The notes beneath the pieces are model-generated. The model was not told the origin of the DNA and ran no database searches. It saw only the letters and a list, made by a program, of their open reading frames with translations. This document shows positions 39,321 to 49,188 of a stretch of 64,000 bases of DNA, in pieces. A program made the position numbers and the translations under genes. Origin of the DNA: Myxococcota bacterium (GTDB lineage: Bacteria; Myxococcota_A; Polyangia; Nannocystales; Nannocystaceae); NCBI GenBank assembly GCA_039028615.1, contig JBCCHT010000008.1, forward strand, positions 226,345 to 290,344. The letters are read 5' to 3'. Each line of letters starts with the position of its first letter. Within the stretch, counting starts at the first letter, position 1.

Positions 39321-40166
39321 ATGACCCGCCTGACCGTCACCGACCACGACCGCGATGCCGCCGGGCTGACCTACGTCTACCCCGTGGTCTCGCGCCGCGC
39401 GGGCGGGGTCTCGGTGGGCATCAACCTCAACCCGAACAACGCGTGCAACTGGCGCTGCGTGTACTGCCAGGTCCCCGACCTGAGCAAGGGCGCCGCCCCG
39501 CCCATCGACGAGGCCCAGCTCGTCTCCGAGCTCCGCGGGCTGCTGGCGCAGGTCCAGACCCAGCAGTGGATGGATGCCAACGTCGCGCCTCCACATCAGC
39601 GCCTGGTCGACGTCGCGTTCTCGGGCAACGGCGAGCCCACCACCTCGCATCAGATCGACGCCATCGTGGGCCAGGTGCTCGGCGTGCTGGACGCGACCGG
39701 GCTCTCGGGGCTCAACAAGGTGCTCATCACCAACGGCTCGATGATGCATCGCGCCGAGGTGCAGCACGCGGTCGCGCGCCTGGGGCAGGCGGGGGGCGAG
39801 GTGTGGTTCAAGCTGGACCGGGCCACCACCGCGGGGCGCAAGGCGATCAACGATGCCGCGTCGTCTCCCGAGGTCGCCGTGGCCAATCTGCGGCGCTGTG
39901 CCGCCGTGTGTCGCACCCGGATCCAGACCTGCATGGTCGCGGTGGACGGGCAGGCTCCCGCCGAAGAGGAGCTGGTGGCCTATCTCGACCTGCTCGCAGC
40001 GGAAAAAGAGGCGGGAACGGCCATCACCGACGTGCTGCTCTACGGCATGGCCCGGCCTTCGCTGCAGCCGGGGGCCGAACGCCTCTCGAAGCTGTCTGCC
40101 GAGTGGCTCGAGGCCTTTGCCGAGCGCATTCGCGAGCGGGGCGTGCCCGTCGTCGTTCGCACCTGA
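39321..40166 (+). CDS. Radical SAM protein
   Basis: YVYPVVSRRAGGVSVGINLNPNNACNWRCVYCQV (CxxxCxxC); FSGNGEPT. Confidence 0.92.
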   Translation: MTRLTVTDHDRDAAGLTYVYPVVSRRAGGVSVGINLNPNNACNWRCVYCQVPDLSKGAAPPIDEAQLVSELRGLLAQVQTQQWMDANVAPPHQRLVDVAFSGNGEPTTSHQIDAIVGQVLGVLDATGLSGLNKVLITNGSMMHRAEVQHAVARLGQAGGEVWFKLDRATTAGRKAINDAASSPEVAVANLRRCAAVCRTRIQTCMVAVDGQAPAEEELVAYLDLLAAEKEAGTAITDVLLYGMARPSLQPGAERLSKLSAEWLEAFAERIRERGVPVVVRT

Positions 40167-40195
40167 GAGCGCAGCTGTCGTACGATTGCGGGAGG

Positions 40196-40849
40196 ATGGA
40201 CGCCTTCATCCACACCGCCAACGTCCTGTTCCTGCTGTCGTATCTGGTGCGGGACATCCTGTGGCTGCGGCTGCTGACCATCGTCGCGATCTTGACGTTG
40301 ATCCCGTACTACGTGGCCAACGACCTGATGCCGCCGATCTACTGGAACGCGGCCTTCACTGCGATCAACCTCTATCAGGTCTATCGGCTGCTGCTCGAGC
40401 GCCGACCCGTGCGGCTGACCGTGCCGCAGCAGCGACTGTACGCGCTGGGCTTCGATGGGCTCTCGCCCCGGGACTTCCTGCGCTTGCTCGAGCGCGCGTC
40501 GTGGGAGGAGCACCAAGGCGGCGCGGTGCTGGTCGAGCAGGGGCGCCCGCTGGCCCGGCTCACCGTGATCGCCCAGGGCACCGCTCGGGTCGTCCGCAAC
40601 GGCGAAGAGGTGAGCGAGCTGGGTGCGGGGCAGTTCGTCGGCGAGATGAGCTACGTGACGGGCGAGCCCGCCTGCGCCCAGGTCGTCGCCAGCGGCTGCG
40701 AGTGTGTGCACTGGCCCCGCGATGCGCTGCGCAAGTTCCTGCAGGACCGTGCCGACATCCGGGCCGCATTGCAGAACGTGATCGGCACCGACCTGGCCGG
40801 CAAGCTCCGCAGCAGTGCCACAGGCGAGCCCGAACCTGCGCCCGCGTGA
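40196..40849 (+). CDS. Popeye-domain / cyclic-nucleotide-binding membrane protein
   Basis: GGAGG RBS; LSYLVRDILWLR and WN..F..INLYQ transmembrane region; cNMP core GQFVGEMS. Confidence 0.85.
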   Translation: MDAFIHTANVLFLLSYLVRDILWLRLLTIVAILTLIPYYVANDLMPPIYWNAAFTAINLYQVYRLLLERRPVRLTVPQQRLYALGFDGLSPRDFLRLLERASWEEHQGGAVLVEQGRPLARLTVIAQGTARVVRNGEEVSELGAGQFVGEMSYVTGEPACAQVVASGCECVHWPRDALRKFLQDRADIRAALQNVIGTDLAGKLRSSATGEPEPAPA

Positions 40850-40862
40850 GCCCGCGACCGGC

Positions 40863-41444
40863 TCACACCACCGTGTGATCGGCCGCCGCCACCCGCATCG
40901 CCGCGTCGACGACGTCGTTGGTGGGCGCATGATCGCCCGTGGCTCGGTCGCGATGCAGATACGCGATGCACCCGTGGCGGTCGATGACCACCACCCCGCC
41001 CTGCTGGAGGTTGTCCCCCTCGATGCGGCTCTGTCGAAAGCCGCCCGCGAGCGCCCGCGCCAGGCCCCACAGCGCCCGGGGGCCGTAGGCCGAGGCCGTC
41101 GAGTGGACCAGCGACAGCGTCTCGTGAGCGGCCAAGCTCGGGTCCGTGACCAGGTCGACCGCCTCCAGATCGATGGCCGTCCGCTCGACGAACGCATCCA
41201 TGAAGTGTGGCGCCCCGTTGCCGACATAGACCACGCGCAGCCCGAGCCGCCTCAGCTCGTGGAGCCGCGGAGCGAGCAGGGTCACGTGCTCGGTGCAGGC
41301 CAGGCACGCGAAATGGCGCAGGAACACCAGCACCACCGGACCTTCGCGCCAGCGCTCGCCCAACGTCGTGGCCGTGCCCCGGGCGTCGAGGACCTCGGCC
41401 GAAGCCAGGGCTGCGGGGACCTCGTCGCCGATCTTCGCCGCCAT
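40863..41444 (-). CDS. Peroxiredoxin-like AhpC/TSA family protein
   Basis: VLVFLRHFACLAC (CxxC) and GDNLQQGGVVVI. Confidence 0.88.
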   Translation of the reverse strand: MAAKIGDEVPAALASAEVLDARGTATTLGERWREGPVVLVFLRHFACLACTEHVTLLAPRLHELRRLGLRVVYVGNGAPHFMDAFVERTAIDLEAVDLVTDPSLAAHETLSLVHSTASAYGPRALWGLARALAGGFRQSRIEGDNLQQGGVVVIDRHGCIAYLHRDRATGDHAPTNDVVDAAMRVAAADHTVV

Positions 41445-41516
41445 CGACCGCGAGCATAGCCGGTTTGGCGTCCCGGTGGACGCCCGCCGTCCGCATTTGG
41501 CATGGTGATGCCCACC

Positions 41517-42071
41517 ATGGCCAACCCGATTTCCGCGAGCACCAAGGCGTTCCTCGAGAGCCTCGACGAAACGGTCCACGAGGCGGCCGAGGCCGTGGTC
41601 TCTCGCAAGTCGCAGGAACTCGACGGCATCGATCTCGATCTGGAAGACGAGATCAACCTCGCCAAGGCCATCAAGTACGTCGCCTCTGCCGACGGCTTCT
41701 CGCGCGACGAGCTCAACGCGCTGAAGTTCCTGATGATCATGGCCTCGCTCCCCAACGAGCTGCAGCAGCACGTCATCGACTTCGACGTCGAGGACCTCAC
41801 CCTCGAGCAGGTCGGCGCCCTGTTTCAGGGCTCCGCGCGCAAGGCCGGCTACGTGCTCTCCGGTGCCACCACCGTCGCCGCCTTCGACGGTCTGTCCGCC
41901 GAGGAGCTCGCCCAGTCCCGGGAGCTGGCCAACAAGCTCCAGCTCGACACCACCATCGCCGAAGCCCTCATCGCCAACGCGTGGACCTTGGGCCTCGCCA
42001 TGAAGCGCGGCGACCAGTCGGTGGTCAAGGGCCTCGAGCAGGTCCGTCAGGGCATCCTCAGCTGGCTGTAG
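41517..42071 (+). CDS. TerB-like helical protein
   Basis: Duplicated motifs VASADGFSRDE and VAAFDGLSAEE. Confidence 0.6.
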   Translation: MANPISASTKAFLESLDETVHEAAEAVVSRKSQELDGIDLDLEDEINLAKAIKYVASADGFSRDELNALKFLMIMASLPNELQQHVIDFDVEDLTLEQVGALFQGSARKAGYVLSGATTVAAFDGLSAEELAQSRELANKLQLDTTIAEALIANAWTLGLAMKRGDQSVVKGLEQVRQGILSWL

Positions 42072-42087
42072 AGCCTCCCGCGGCACC

Positions 42088-42831
42088 ATGCCCGAGCCCG
42101 CCATCCTGCTCTTCGCGGGCATCGTCTTCCTCGCCTACGCCGTGCAAAACGCCGTGGGCTTCGGCGCGCTGCTCGTGTGCATCACCCTCGGCAGCCACCT
42201 GCTGGAGATCCGCGACATCATCACCATGGCGCTGCCCCTGTCGATGCTGCAATCGGGGGCCATCGTCTGGCGCGACCGCGCGACCATCGACCGCCCGCTG
42301 CTGCTGCGCCGAATCCTGCCCCTGATGACCATCGGCGTGGCCATCGGGTTCTTCGTCTCGCGTGAGGTCGAGGCCACCGACCTGCGTACCGTATTCGCGG
42401 GCCTCGTCATCGTACTCGCCGTACGCGAGCTGTGGATGATGGCCCGCGCCCGCGCCGAAGCCGACCATGGCCCCCCGCCCCGCGTCTTGTCGATCGCCGC
42501 CATCTTTGGGGCGGGGCTGGTGCATGGCCTGTACGCCACGGGAGGGCCGCTGCTCGTCTATGCCGTGGGGCGCGAGGGCTTGGACAAGCGGCGGTTTCGG
42601 TCGACCCTGAGCGCGGTGTGGGTGGGGCTCAACACCTTGCTGATCTCCGGCTTCCTGCTCGAAGGTCGCTACACCGAAGGCACAGCGAAGAGCATGATCG
42701 TGCTGCTCATCGCCCTGCCGTTTGGGTTCTTCGCGGGGGACCTGATTCACCGCAAGATCCCCGAGCGGCCCTTCAAGGCCACCGTGTTCGGGTTGCTGAT
42801 CGTGGCCGCGGGGTCGCTGCTGTTTCGGTGA
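42088..42831 (+). CDS. TSUP (TauE/SafE) family transporter
   Basis: AVGFGALL and GLVHGLYATGGPLLV; about 8 transmembrane helices. Confidence 0.88.
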   Translation: MPEPAILLFAGIVFLAYAVQNAVGFGALLVCITLGSHLLEIRDIITMALPLSMLQSGAIVWRDRATIDRPLLLRRILPLMTIGVAIGFFVSREVEATDLRTVFAGLVIVLAVRELWMMARARAEADHGPPPRVLSIAAIFGAGLVHGLYATGGPLLVYAVGREGLDKRRFRSTLSAVWVGLNTLLISGFLLEGRYTEGTAKSMIVLLIALPFGFFAGDLIHRKIPERPFKATVFGLLIVAAGSLLFR

Positions 42832-42847
42832 ACAGACCGCCTAGCGC

Positions 42848-43492
42848 TCAGGCCCGAGCAGGCGGTGTCGCTCGACCGTCTTCGCCGATCAACCCTTCGG
42901 CATGCAGCGCCCGCAACACCGCGGGCCGCTGCCGGACCTTCCGCATGATCGCCCGCAGCCGCGGAAACTCTTCGTACGACATGCCGATGTATCGCCCCCA
43001 CGCACCGATCACGAACAGATACGGATCGGCGACAGTGTAGCGCTCGCCGAGCAACCAACCATCCTCGGGCGCACGCCGCTCGATGTCCGCCAAGTACCCC
43101 AAAAACCGCTCGCGCCCGGCGTTGCGAACGGCTTCGTGTGTGCCCGGATCGGGCACGACGCGGTCGGGCCTCAGGGCCATGATGTAGGCGGGGTGCAGGC
43201 TGCTGGCGAATAGCGCGAGCAGCTCGTCGTGGCGCGCCCGCGCCAGCGCATCGGTGGGGACGAAGCCCTCGCCGAGATAGTGCGAGATGGCGATGACCTC
43301 GGTGAGGACGTCGCCGTCGTCGGTGCGCAGGGCGGGGACGCGACCCAGCGGGTTGATGGCGAGGTATTCCGGCCGTTTGTGCTCTTCGTCGCCCGTGGAG
43401 ACCCGAACGAGCTGATGGGGCAGCTCGCGCTCCTGCAGCAGGATGTGAGGGACGAGGGAGCACGCCCCGGGGGAGTAGTACAGCGTGACCAT
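42848..43492 (-). CDS. Glutathione S-transferase
   Basis: LYYSPGACSLVPHI, YLAINPLGRVPAL, YTVADPYLF. Confidence 0.93.
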   Translation of the reverse strand: MVTLYYSPGACSLVPHILLQERELPHQLVRVSTGDEEHKRPEYLAINPLGRVPALRTDDGDVLTEVIAISHYLGEGFVPTDALARARHDELLALFASSLHPAYIMALRPDRVVPDPGTHEAVRNAGRERFLGYLADIERRAPEDGWLLGERYTVADPYLFVIGAWGRYIGMSYEEFPRLRAIMRKVRQRPAVLRALHAEGLIGEDGRATPPARA

Positions 43493-43516
43493 GGGACCAG
43501 CGTAGCCACGGCGAAT

Positions 43517-43543
43517 CATGAAAAAAATTGATGTTTTTTCATG
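43517..43543. promoter_or_regulatory. A/T-rich inverted repeat; likely LysR operator between the divergent GST and LysR genes
   Basis: catgaaaaaa-N7-ttttttcatg, perfect 10-bp arms in a 70-bp divergent gap. Confidence 0.7.
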
Positions 43544-43562
43544 CTAGGATGCTCTTAGATTC

Positions 43563-44477
43563 ATGAATCGGCACGGCCCCAAGCTCGAGATCAAGGACCT
43601 GCGATTGGTCTCCGTCATCGCCAAGCAGGGCGGGGTGTCGCGGGCGGCCACGAGCCTGGGGCTCAGCCAGAGCGCGGTGAGTCATCACCTGGCGCGCATC
43701 GAACGACGGCTGGGGGTCGAGCTGTTCACCCGAGCGGGCCGGACGATGCAGTGCACCGACGAGGGGCAGCAGCTGGCCGAGCTGGCGGTCGAACTCACGG
43801 GGCGGTTGCTCGAGGTCGAGCAGGCGCTGGCCCAGACGAAGAAGGTCCGGCGCATTCGGCTGTGCACGCACTGCTACACGGCCTATCACTGGCTTCCGGG
43901 GCTGCTCGAGGCGTGGCAGAAGCTCCAGCCCGAGGTGGAGATCCAGATCGTGCTGGAGGCGACGCGGGCGTCCATGGAGGCGCTGGCCGCTCACCGCGTC
44001 GATGTGGCGCTGTGCCACTTCGAGCCCCCCGATTCCACGCAGTGGATCCGCCGCAAGCTCTTCGACGATCGCTTCGCGGTCATCGTGGCGCCCAACCACC
44101 CGCTGGCCGCACGCAAGCGACTGAAGCCGGTACACCTGGCCGACCAGACGCTGCTCGTCTACGACCTGCCCACCGTCGATCTACGGCGCTTTGGTCGGGA
44201 AATTTTCACCGAGCATCAACCCAAGGCGGTACGTCGCGTGCCGCTGACGGAAGCGATCATCGAGCTGGTCAAGGCAGGACAAGGGGTGAGCTTGATGTCG
44301 CGCTGGGCGATGCGACCATGGGTGGAGCGGGGCGAAATCGTGTCGCGACCGCTGGTGGCGCCAGGGGTCACGCGTCGCTGGCAAGCGGTGTATCGCAAGG
44401 GCGGAGCGAAGCAGGCCGTGGTGCGGCAGCTGGTCGAGTTGATCCGCGAGACCCGAGCCCTCGATCCGCGACGCTGA
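43563..44477 (+). CDS. LysR family transcriptional regulator
   Basis: GVSRAATSLGLSQSAVSHHLARIERRLGVELFTR. Confidence 0.95.
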   Translation: MNRHGPKLEIKDLRLVSVIAKQGGVSRAATSLGLSQSAVSHHLARIERRLGVELFTRAGRTMQCTDEGQQLAELAVELTGRLLEVEQALAQTKKVRRIRLCTHCYTAYHWLPGLLEAWQKLQPEVEIQIVLEATRASMEALAAHRVDVALCHFEPPDSTQWIRRKLFDDRFAVIVAPNHPLAARKRLKPVHLADQTLLVYDLPTVDLRRFGREIFTEHQPKAVRRVPLTEAIIELVKAGQGVSLMSRWAMRPWVERGEIVSRPLVAPGVTRRWQAVYRKGGAKQAVVRQLVELIRETRALDPRR

Positions 44478-44532
44478 ACGACACCGCGCGTGCTGGCCCC
44501 GGGCAGGAGTCCCGGCTAAGCTTCGCGCCTCT

Positions 44533-45342
44533 ATGGTCGAGCTTAGACTCTCTCATTGCGCCGGACTGGCGCTGGTCGTCCTCACGGCCTGTAGCGATCC
44601 GATCACCCTGGACGACGAGACGGGCGCCGACGGCAGTACATCGGTCAATAGCGCGGCGACCGACGGCGCGACGACGAACGAGCCCGCCACCGAGAAGCCC
44701 ACCACCGACGCCGCGACCACGGCCGACGATACGACGAGCACCGATCCGACCAATGACGGCGACACCACCGAGGACGGGCCCGAACCGACCTCGGCGGGCG
44801 AGGACTCCGGCTCGCTGGGCAACGACCACGGCGTCGTGCTGTTCGAGTTCGAGCGGTCTCCCTCCACGACCGACGACCCCTTTGTCGGCACCACGCAGAT
44901 CGAGATCACGCTGCTTTATCGCGAGTGCCTGATCGACTTCTACGCCGCGAACCCCAACTTCCAGCAGCAGGGCATCGATGGCGAGATGGTGTTCGGCAAC
45001 GCGCTCGGCCCGGGCCTGTGCGAGCCGGCCGACCCCGGGTTCGTGCAGTGCAGCGCGCTGTCGATCTATCAGGAGCTCGATGTCGCGTCGCAGCTGAACG
45101 TCCTGTATGACGTCTCGGGGCCGATCGAAGATCAGCAGCTGCGCTTTGGCCCCATTCCCACCGCCGCGCTGGCCAACTGTGCGGGAGGCGGAAATCCGAT
45201 CGTGCGAGTGGGGAGCGCGGGGGCGGTGCGCGGGATCGATGCCGCTGGCGAGACGATTTGGTGGGCGGAGTCGTTTTCGCCCAACGAAGCGGCGACCGAC
45301 CAAAGCGCGCCAATCACGATTCGCGTCGCGCCGACTTCCTAG
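44533..45342 (+). CDS. Hypothetical lipoprotein (paralog 1)
   Basis: Lipobox LTAC, T-rich linker, domain GSLGNDHGVV.FEF..ECLIDFY..QLRFGP.PTA.L. Confidence 0.8.
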   Translation: MVELRLSHCAGLALVVLTACSDPITLDDETGADGSTSVNSAATDGATTNEPATEKPTTDAATTADDTTSTDPTNDGDTTEDGPEPTSAGEDSGSLGNDHGVVLFEFERSPSTTDDPFVGTTQIEITLLYRECLIDFYAANPNFQQQGIDGEMVFGNALGPGLCEPADPGFVQCSALSIYQELDVASQLNVLYDVSGPIEDQQLRFGPIPTAALANCAGGGNPIVRVGSAGAVRGIDAAGETIWWAESFSPNEAATDQSAPITIRVAPTS

Positions 45343-45373
45343 CGCGGCGCGACCTCGCTACCCTCGGGGGCCA

Positions 45374-46021
45374 ATGCTCGGCGTGAGACTTTTTCGTCGC
45401 CTGTGGTTGGCCCCCCTGCTGGCCGTCGCGTGCACCAACGGCGACCTCGAGCCCGACGTCGATGACGAGTCCGAGCTGCACCCGTACGGCTCGCTGGGCA
45501 ACGACCATGGGGTCGTGCGCTTCGAGTTCTACCCGAGCATCATCGCCCCCGACGACCTGCTCGAGGGCACCGCCACCGTGGAGATCACGATGCGATACGG
45601 CGAGTGTTTGATCGGGTTCTATCAGACCAACCCGCACTACCGTCAGCACGGCGTCGACGGAGAGCAGGTCTTCCTTGGCGTGGGCAACGACCTGTGCGCG
45701 ACCGGGGACCCCGAGCTCGCCGAGTGCGTGGACGTCCAAGTCCAGCAAGAGGTCGACGTCGCGTACCAGCTCACGGTGGAGACGACGATCACGGGGCCCC
45801 TCGAGGGCCGCCAGCTTCGCTTTGGACCCCTGCCGACCGCAGACCTGACCCAGTGTGACGGCCCGCTTCCGTTTCCCATCGCGGAGATCCACTCCAACGG
45901 TTCGGCGCGGGGGCTCGACGCGGCGGGCGAAGCCCTGTGGGTCACCCAGTACGCCGACCCCATCGCCGCCACCACCGATCAGCGCGAGCCGATCCGGATC
46001 CAGGCGATCCCTCCGCGGTGA
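45374..46021 (+). CDS. Hypothetical lipoprotein (paralog 2, short linker)
   Basis: Lipobox AVAC; same GSLGNDHGVV..ECLIGFY..QLRFGP domain. Confidence 0.8.
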   Translation: MLGVRLFRRLWLAPLLAVACTNGDLEPDVDDESELHPYGSLGNDHGVVRFEFYPSIIAPDDLLEGTATVEITMRYGECLIGFYQTNPHYRQHGVDGEQVFLGVGNDLCATGDPELAECVDVQVQQEVDVAYQLTVETTITGPLEGRQLRFGPLPTADLTQCDGPLPFPIAEIHSNGSARGLDAAGEALWVTQYADPIAATTDQREPIRIQAIPPR

Positions 46022-46033
46022 ACCGAGCAGGGC

Positions 46034-47944
46034 TCACTGCGTGGGATGCAGGGTGCCGTAGTCGAAGCCGCGGTCGAGCGTGGCGACGCCCGTGCGGGTC
46101 GCGTTGACCTCCCCGGAAGCATCGAGCAGCCCCTGGTAGTTGAAGTACTCGAGCACCATGGCGGGGAACAGGCCGAAGCGAGCGTAAAACGCCATGAGCC
46201 ACGGTCGGTTGTGCCGCGAGTAGCTGTGCGAGCGAGTATAGGCGCTGATGACCATGCGGTTGAGGGTGGTGGTCGAGCCATCGTCGCCGACCGGAGTCAC
46301 GGTGACGCCCAGGTGGATGCCATCCATGCCCGGGTTGCCGCCGAGGCAGCGCAGGTCGGAGCGGTTGTTGGCGCGCGCCATGTGGGCGACCGCGGCGACG
46401 TAGTGCACGCTGGCCGAAAGCACCCGGCGTGCGCGATCGATCCAGTTGGTGATGGTGTCGCCGCTGAGCGTCAGGGCCTTGACCGCATCCCAGGTGATCT
46501 CCCGGGCGTACCACTCGGCCGCGGTGACGGCCGCGGTAAACTGGGCGTCGGTGGGCGTGTCGGCGTTGGCCCAGGTCAGGATGGTGGTGGCGCGGGTGTT
46601 GAAGCCGGAGATTCGCCGGATCTGGGTGCCCGCGCGCGAGCTCCAGGTGGCGTTCTGCGTGGCGAGGCTGTCCTCGGTCGTGCCGGGGATCTGCCAGCGC
46701 TGGTAGCCGCTGTTGTCGGGGTGCTCTTCGAAGAGCGACCGCGCCAGCTGCTGCGCTTCGTTCAGCGTGGCCGAGTCGGGCTGACGCGACAGCGTGCCGA
46801 AGTGGGTGTAGAGCTGCTCGACGCCCGTGGACAAGCGAATGAACGCCCGTACGTGCCCCTCGACGCGGGTGAGGGCCTGGCGCTGCACGAGGTGCTCGTC
46901 GCCCCCGGGCGGCTTGGTGTGCGAGTTGCACCCGGTGACCCAGAAGGTGGCCCCCGAGGCGAAGGCCGGCAGCGCGCCCGAGAAGCCGGAGACGTGCGAC
47001 GGACGATTGCTCGAGTGAAAGTGCGACGGTCCCTGCACGATGGCGTGACTGAGCACGATCATCTCCACGACGCGCCCGGGCGCGAGGGTGGCGACGTGCT
47101 GCAGGTAGGCCCACGCCCGCTTGACCCCGTTGCGCTCGGTGCTGACGGGGTCTCTGCTCCGCGAGGTGCGATACACGGGATACCACTGGCCCCAACGGCG
47201 ACGCGCGGCGATGTTCTCGCGCGAGACGGGCCCGCGGCGGTTGGGCGGGAACAGCCGGGTCCGCATGACGCGGTCACGGTCGCGCGCGTCGTCTTCGCCG
47301 TAGCGGGTGAGATCGTGGATGGCGGTGGCGATGGTGCCGTCGTTCCAGGTGGTGTTGGCCTGGAGGTCGGGATAGACGCGCTCGTCGGAGCGGCCGCGGT
47401 GCCAGACGAACTCGTCCTCGAACTCGCGCATGAGCAGGTAGTTGCGAGCCTGGCGATCGTAGCGGAAGCGCTTGCGGCTCCCGCCGTCGCCGAGCGCGAA
47501 GACCCGCTCCGGGTTGGCGGTCACCTGACTCACGGTGAGGGCGAGCGGCAGCACGGTCTGCGAGGACCCGGTGGTGATGCAGATCTCCACCCCGTCGAGC
47601 CCCCACGAGCGCAGCTTGAGCACGAAGCCCTCGTCGGTCCACTGCAATAGAGCCCAGTGCGAGCCGCCCCAATGGTTGCCCCCGTCGGAGAACTGGATGT
47701 GCAGCATCACCCACGGGTGATCGTCGGGATCGAGGGCGGAGACGTCGGCCTTGGTCAGCGCCAGCGTGTGGTTGGTCCACGTCGGCGAGCTGGGCAGGAT
47801 GCTGCCGCTGGACTCGACCGCGTTGTAGGCCGTGGCGTCGTCCTCGGAGTTCCAGGTCACCGCATCGATGCCGGTCACGCGACCCGAGTCGGGCACCTGA
47901 AGGCGCAGGAGGACCTCGGTGTTCGGCAATTGGTCGAAGCTCAT
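46034..47944 (-). CDS. Hypothetical protein with a possible caspase-fold His/Cys dyad
   Basis: 636-aa ORF; MIVLSHA and FWVTGCN; no signal peptide. Confidence 0.65.
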   Translation of the reverse strand: MSFDQLPNTEVLLRLQVPDSGRVTGIDAVTWNSEDDATAYNAVESSGSILPSSPTWTNHTLALTKADVSALDPDDHPWVMLHIQFSDGGNHWGGSHWALLQWTDEGFVLKLRSWGLDGVEICITTGSSQTVLPLALTVSQVTANPERVFALGDGGSRKRFRYDRQARNYLLMREFEDEFVWHRGRSDERVYPDLQANTTWNDGTIATAIHDLTRYGEDDARDRDRVMRTRLFPPNRRGPVSRENIAARRRWGQWYPVYRTSRSRDPVSTERNGVKRAWAYLQHVATLAPGRVVEMIVLSHAIVQGPSHFHSSNRPSHVSGFSGALPAFASGATFWVTGCNSHTKPPGGDEHLVQRQALTRVEGHVRAFIRLSTGVEQLYTHFGTLSRQPDSATLNEAQQLARSLFEEHPDNSGYQRWQIPGTTEDSLATQNATWSSRAGTQIRRISGFNTRATTILTWANADTPTDAQFTAAVTAAEWYAREITWDAVKALTLSGDTITNWIDRARRVLSASVHYVAAVAHMARANNRSDLRCLGGNPGMDGIHLGVTVTPVGDDGSTTTLNRMVISAYTRSHSYSRHNRPWLMAFYARFGLFPAMVLEYFNYQGLLDASGEVNATRTGVATLDRGFDYGTLHPTQ

Positions 47945-49086
47945 GGCGTGTCCTCCGAGAAGTTCTGGTCGTGATCGTCGGGCTCGAGGTCGTCGTAGGC
48001 CCCCTCTTCACCATCGACCTGCACCCGGCCATAGCCCGTGGGCGTGGGGTTGGGAAAGCCGAGGGTGACGAGGCCGGCCGGGAACGTGGCCTGGCCCTCG
48101 TTGGCCACCGCGGCCTGGACCGACTGCGACAGGTCGGCGTTCTCGAACAGCGGCCAGCTGCCCTCGCCCGTGCCCATGGTCAGCGTGTAGCGCCGCCCCG
48201 AGCCGACCACGAAGCGCAGCGCGACGCGATCGTCACCGAGGGTGGGCGCGGTGCGGGCCGATGCCCGCTGCTCCCCGCTCTGATCGTCGCGCAGGGTGAG
48301 CTGCCGGGCCCCCAGGGCCTGCCGATCGAAGCGCAGCATGAGCCACGCCTCGCCCGGACCCGGGGTTTGCTGGGTATCGGCCGGCAGTAACACGGAGCCC
48401 GCGTTGGCCAGCTTCACGCGATGGCCCGCGGTCACGTCGGAGGCCTCGACCCCCGCCGGCGTATGGAAGACGGCGATGTGGGTGAAGGCCTCGGGATGCA
48501 GCGAGATGCGCGTGGTGGCCACGAACGACCACCCCAGGCCCGAGGTGTTGTCTGCCCCGGGCTCGAGCTGCAGCAGCACGTCGTGCATGGGCCAACCGGC
48601 AGAGGTGCGCTGGGCGTCGGGGATCGGCTTGCGCAGCAGCGCGTACCACTTTTGGCGCACGAGCTGCAGCTCGAACAAGTTGGCGGCCATGGTCTCGGCG
48701 CTGGGGCTCTCGGCCGGGTCGGTGCCCGACGGCTGCCGCAGGACGATCAACCCGTGCTGGTGAAAGCGATTCTCCGGGAAGCGAGTCCAGGGCCCCGCGC
48801 CCGAGCTGGCCGCCGGGGGCACGGTGGCGTCGTTCACCGCTTCGCCGGTCCACGACTCGCCCACCGCATCGAGCGAGGACACGCCCGCGTCGAGGACCTT
48901 CAGCCCGTAGGTGGGCGTCAGGTTGCGACCGTAGCGAGCGGTGGCCTCGCCCTGCCACGGGGCGTAGGTACCGGCAAAGAACCTCAGCCCCGGCGCTCGA
49001 TCGACCTGGAGGCCAGCCTGCGTCAGGCTGGACACGAACGACCGGGCGACGGAGAGCGTCGCGGAATGGACTCGAATGTCGACCAT
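47941..49086 (-). CDS. Hypothetical protein coupled to the downstream gene
   Basis: 381-aa ORF, ATGA overlap, beta-rich C-terminal module and acidic tail. Confidence 0.65.
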   Translation of the reverse strand: MVDIRVHSATLSVARSFVSSLTQAGLQVDRAPGLRFFAGTYAPWQGEATARYGRNLTPTYGLKVLDAGVSSLDAVGESWTGEAVNDATVPPAASSGAGPWTRFPENRFHQHGLIVLRQPSGTDPAESPSAETMAANLFELQLVRQKWYALLRKPIPDAQRTSAGWPMHDVLLQLEPGADNTSGLGWSFVATTRISLHPEAFTHIAVFHTPAGVEASDVTAGHRVKLANAGSVLLPADTQQTPGPGEAWLMLRFDRQALGARQLTLRDDQSGEQRASARTAPTLGDDRVALRFVVGSGRRYTLTMGTGEGSWPLFENADLSQSVQAAVANEGQATFPAGLVTLGFPNPTPTGYGRVQVDGEEGAYDDLEPDDHDQNFSEDTP

Positions 49087-49188
49087 GGTGAGACCGGCGA
49101 ACCACGCCGGGGCCATAGGATAAAGCAGGCCCGAGGTCCGCTTCGGGTCATTTGCGCTTCGACTGCGAGGGTCGAGCGAGTCCGCTCG

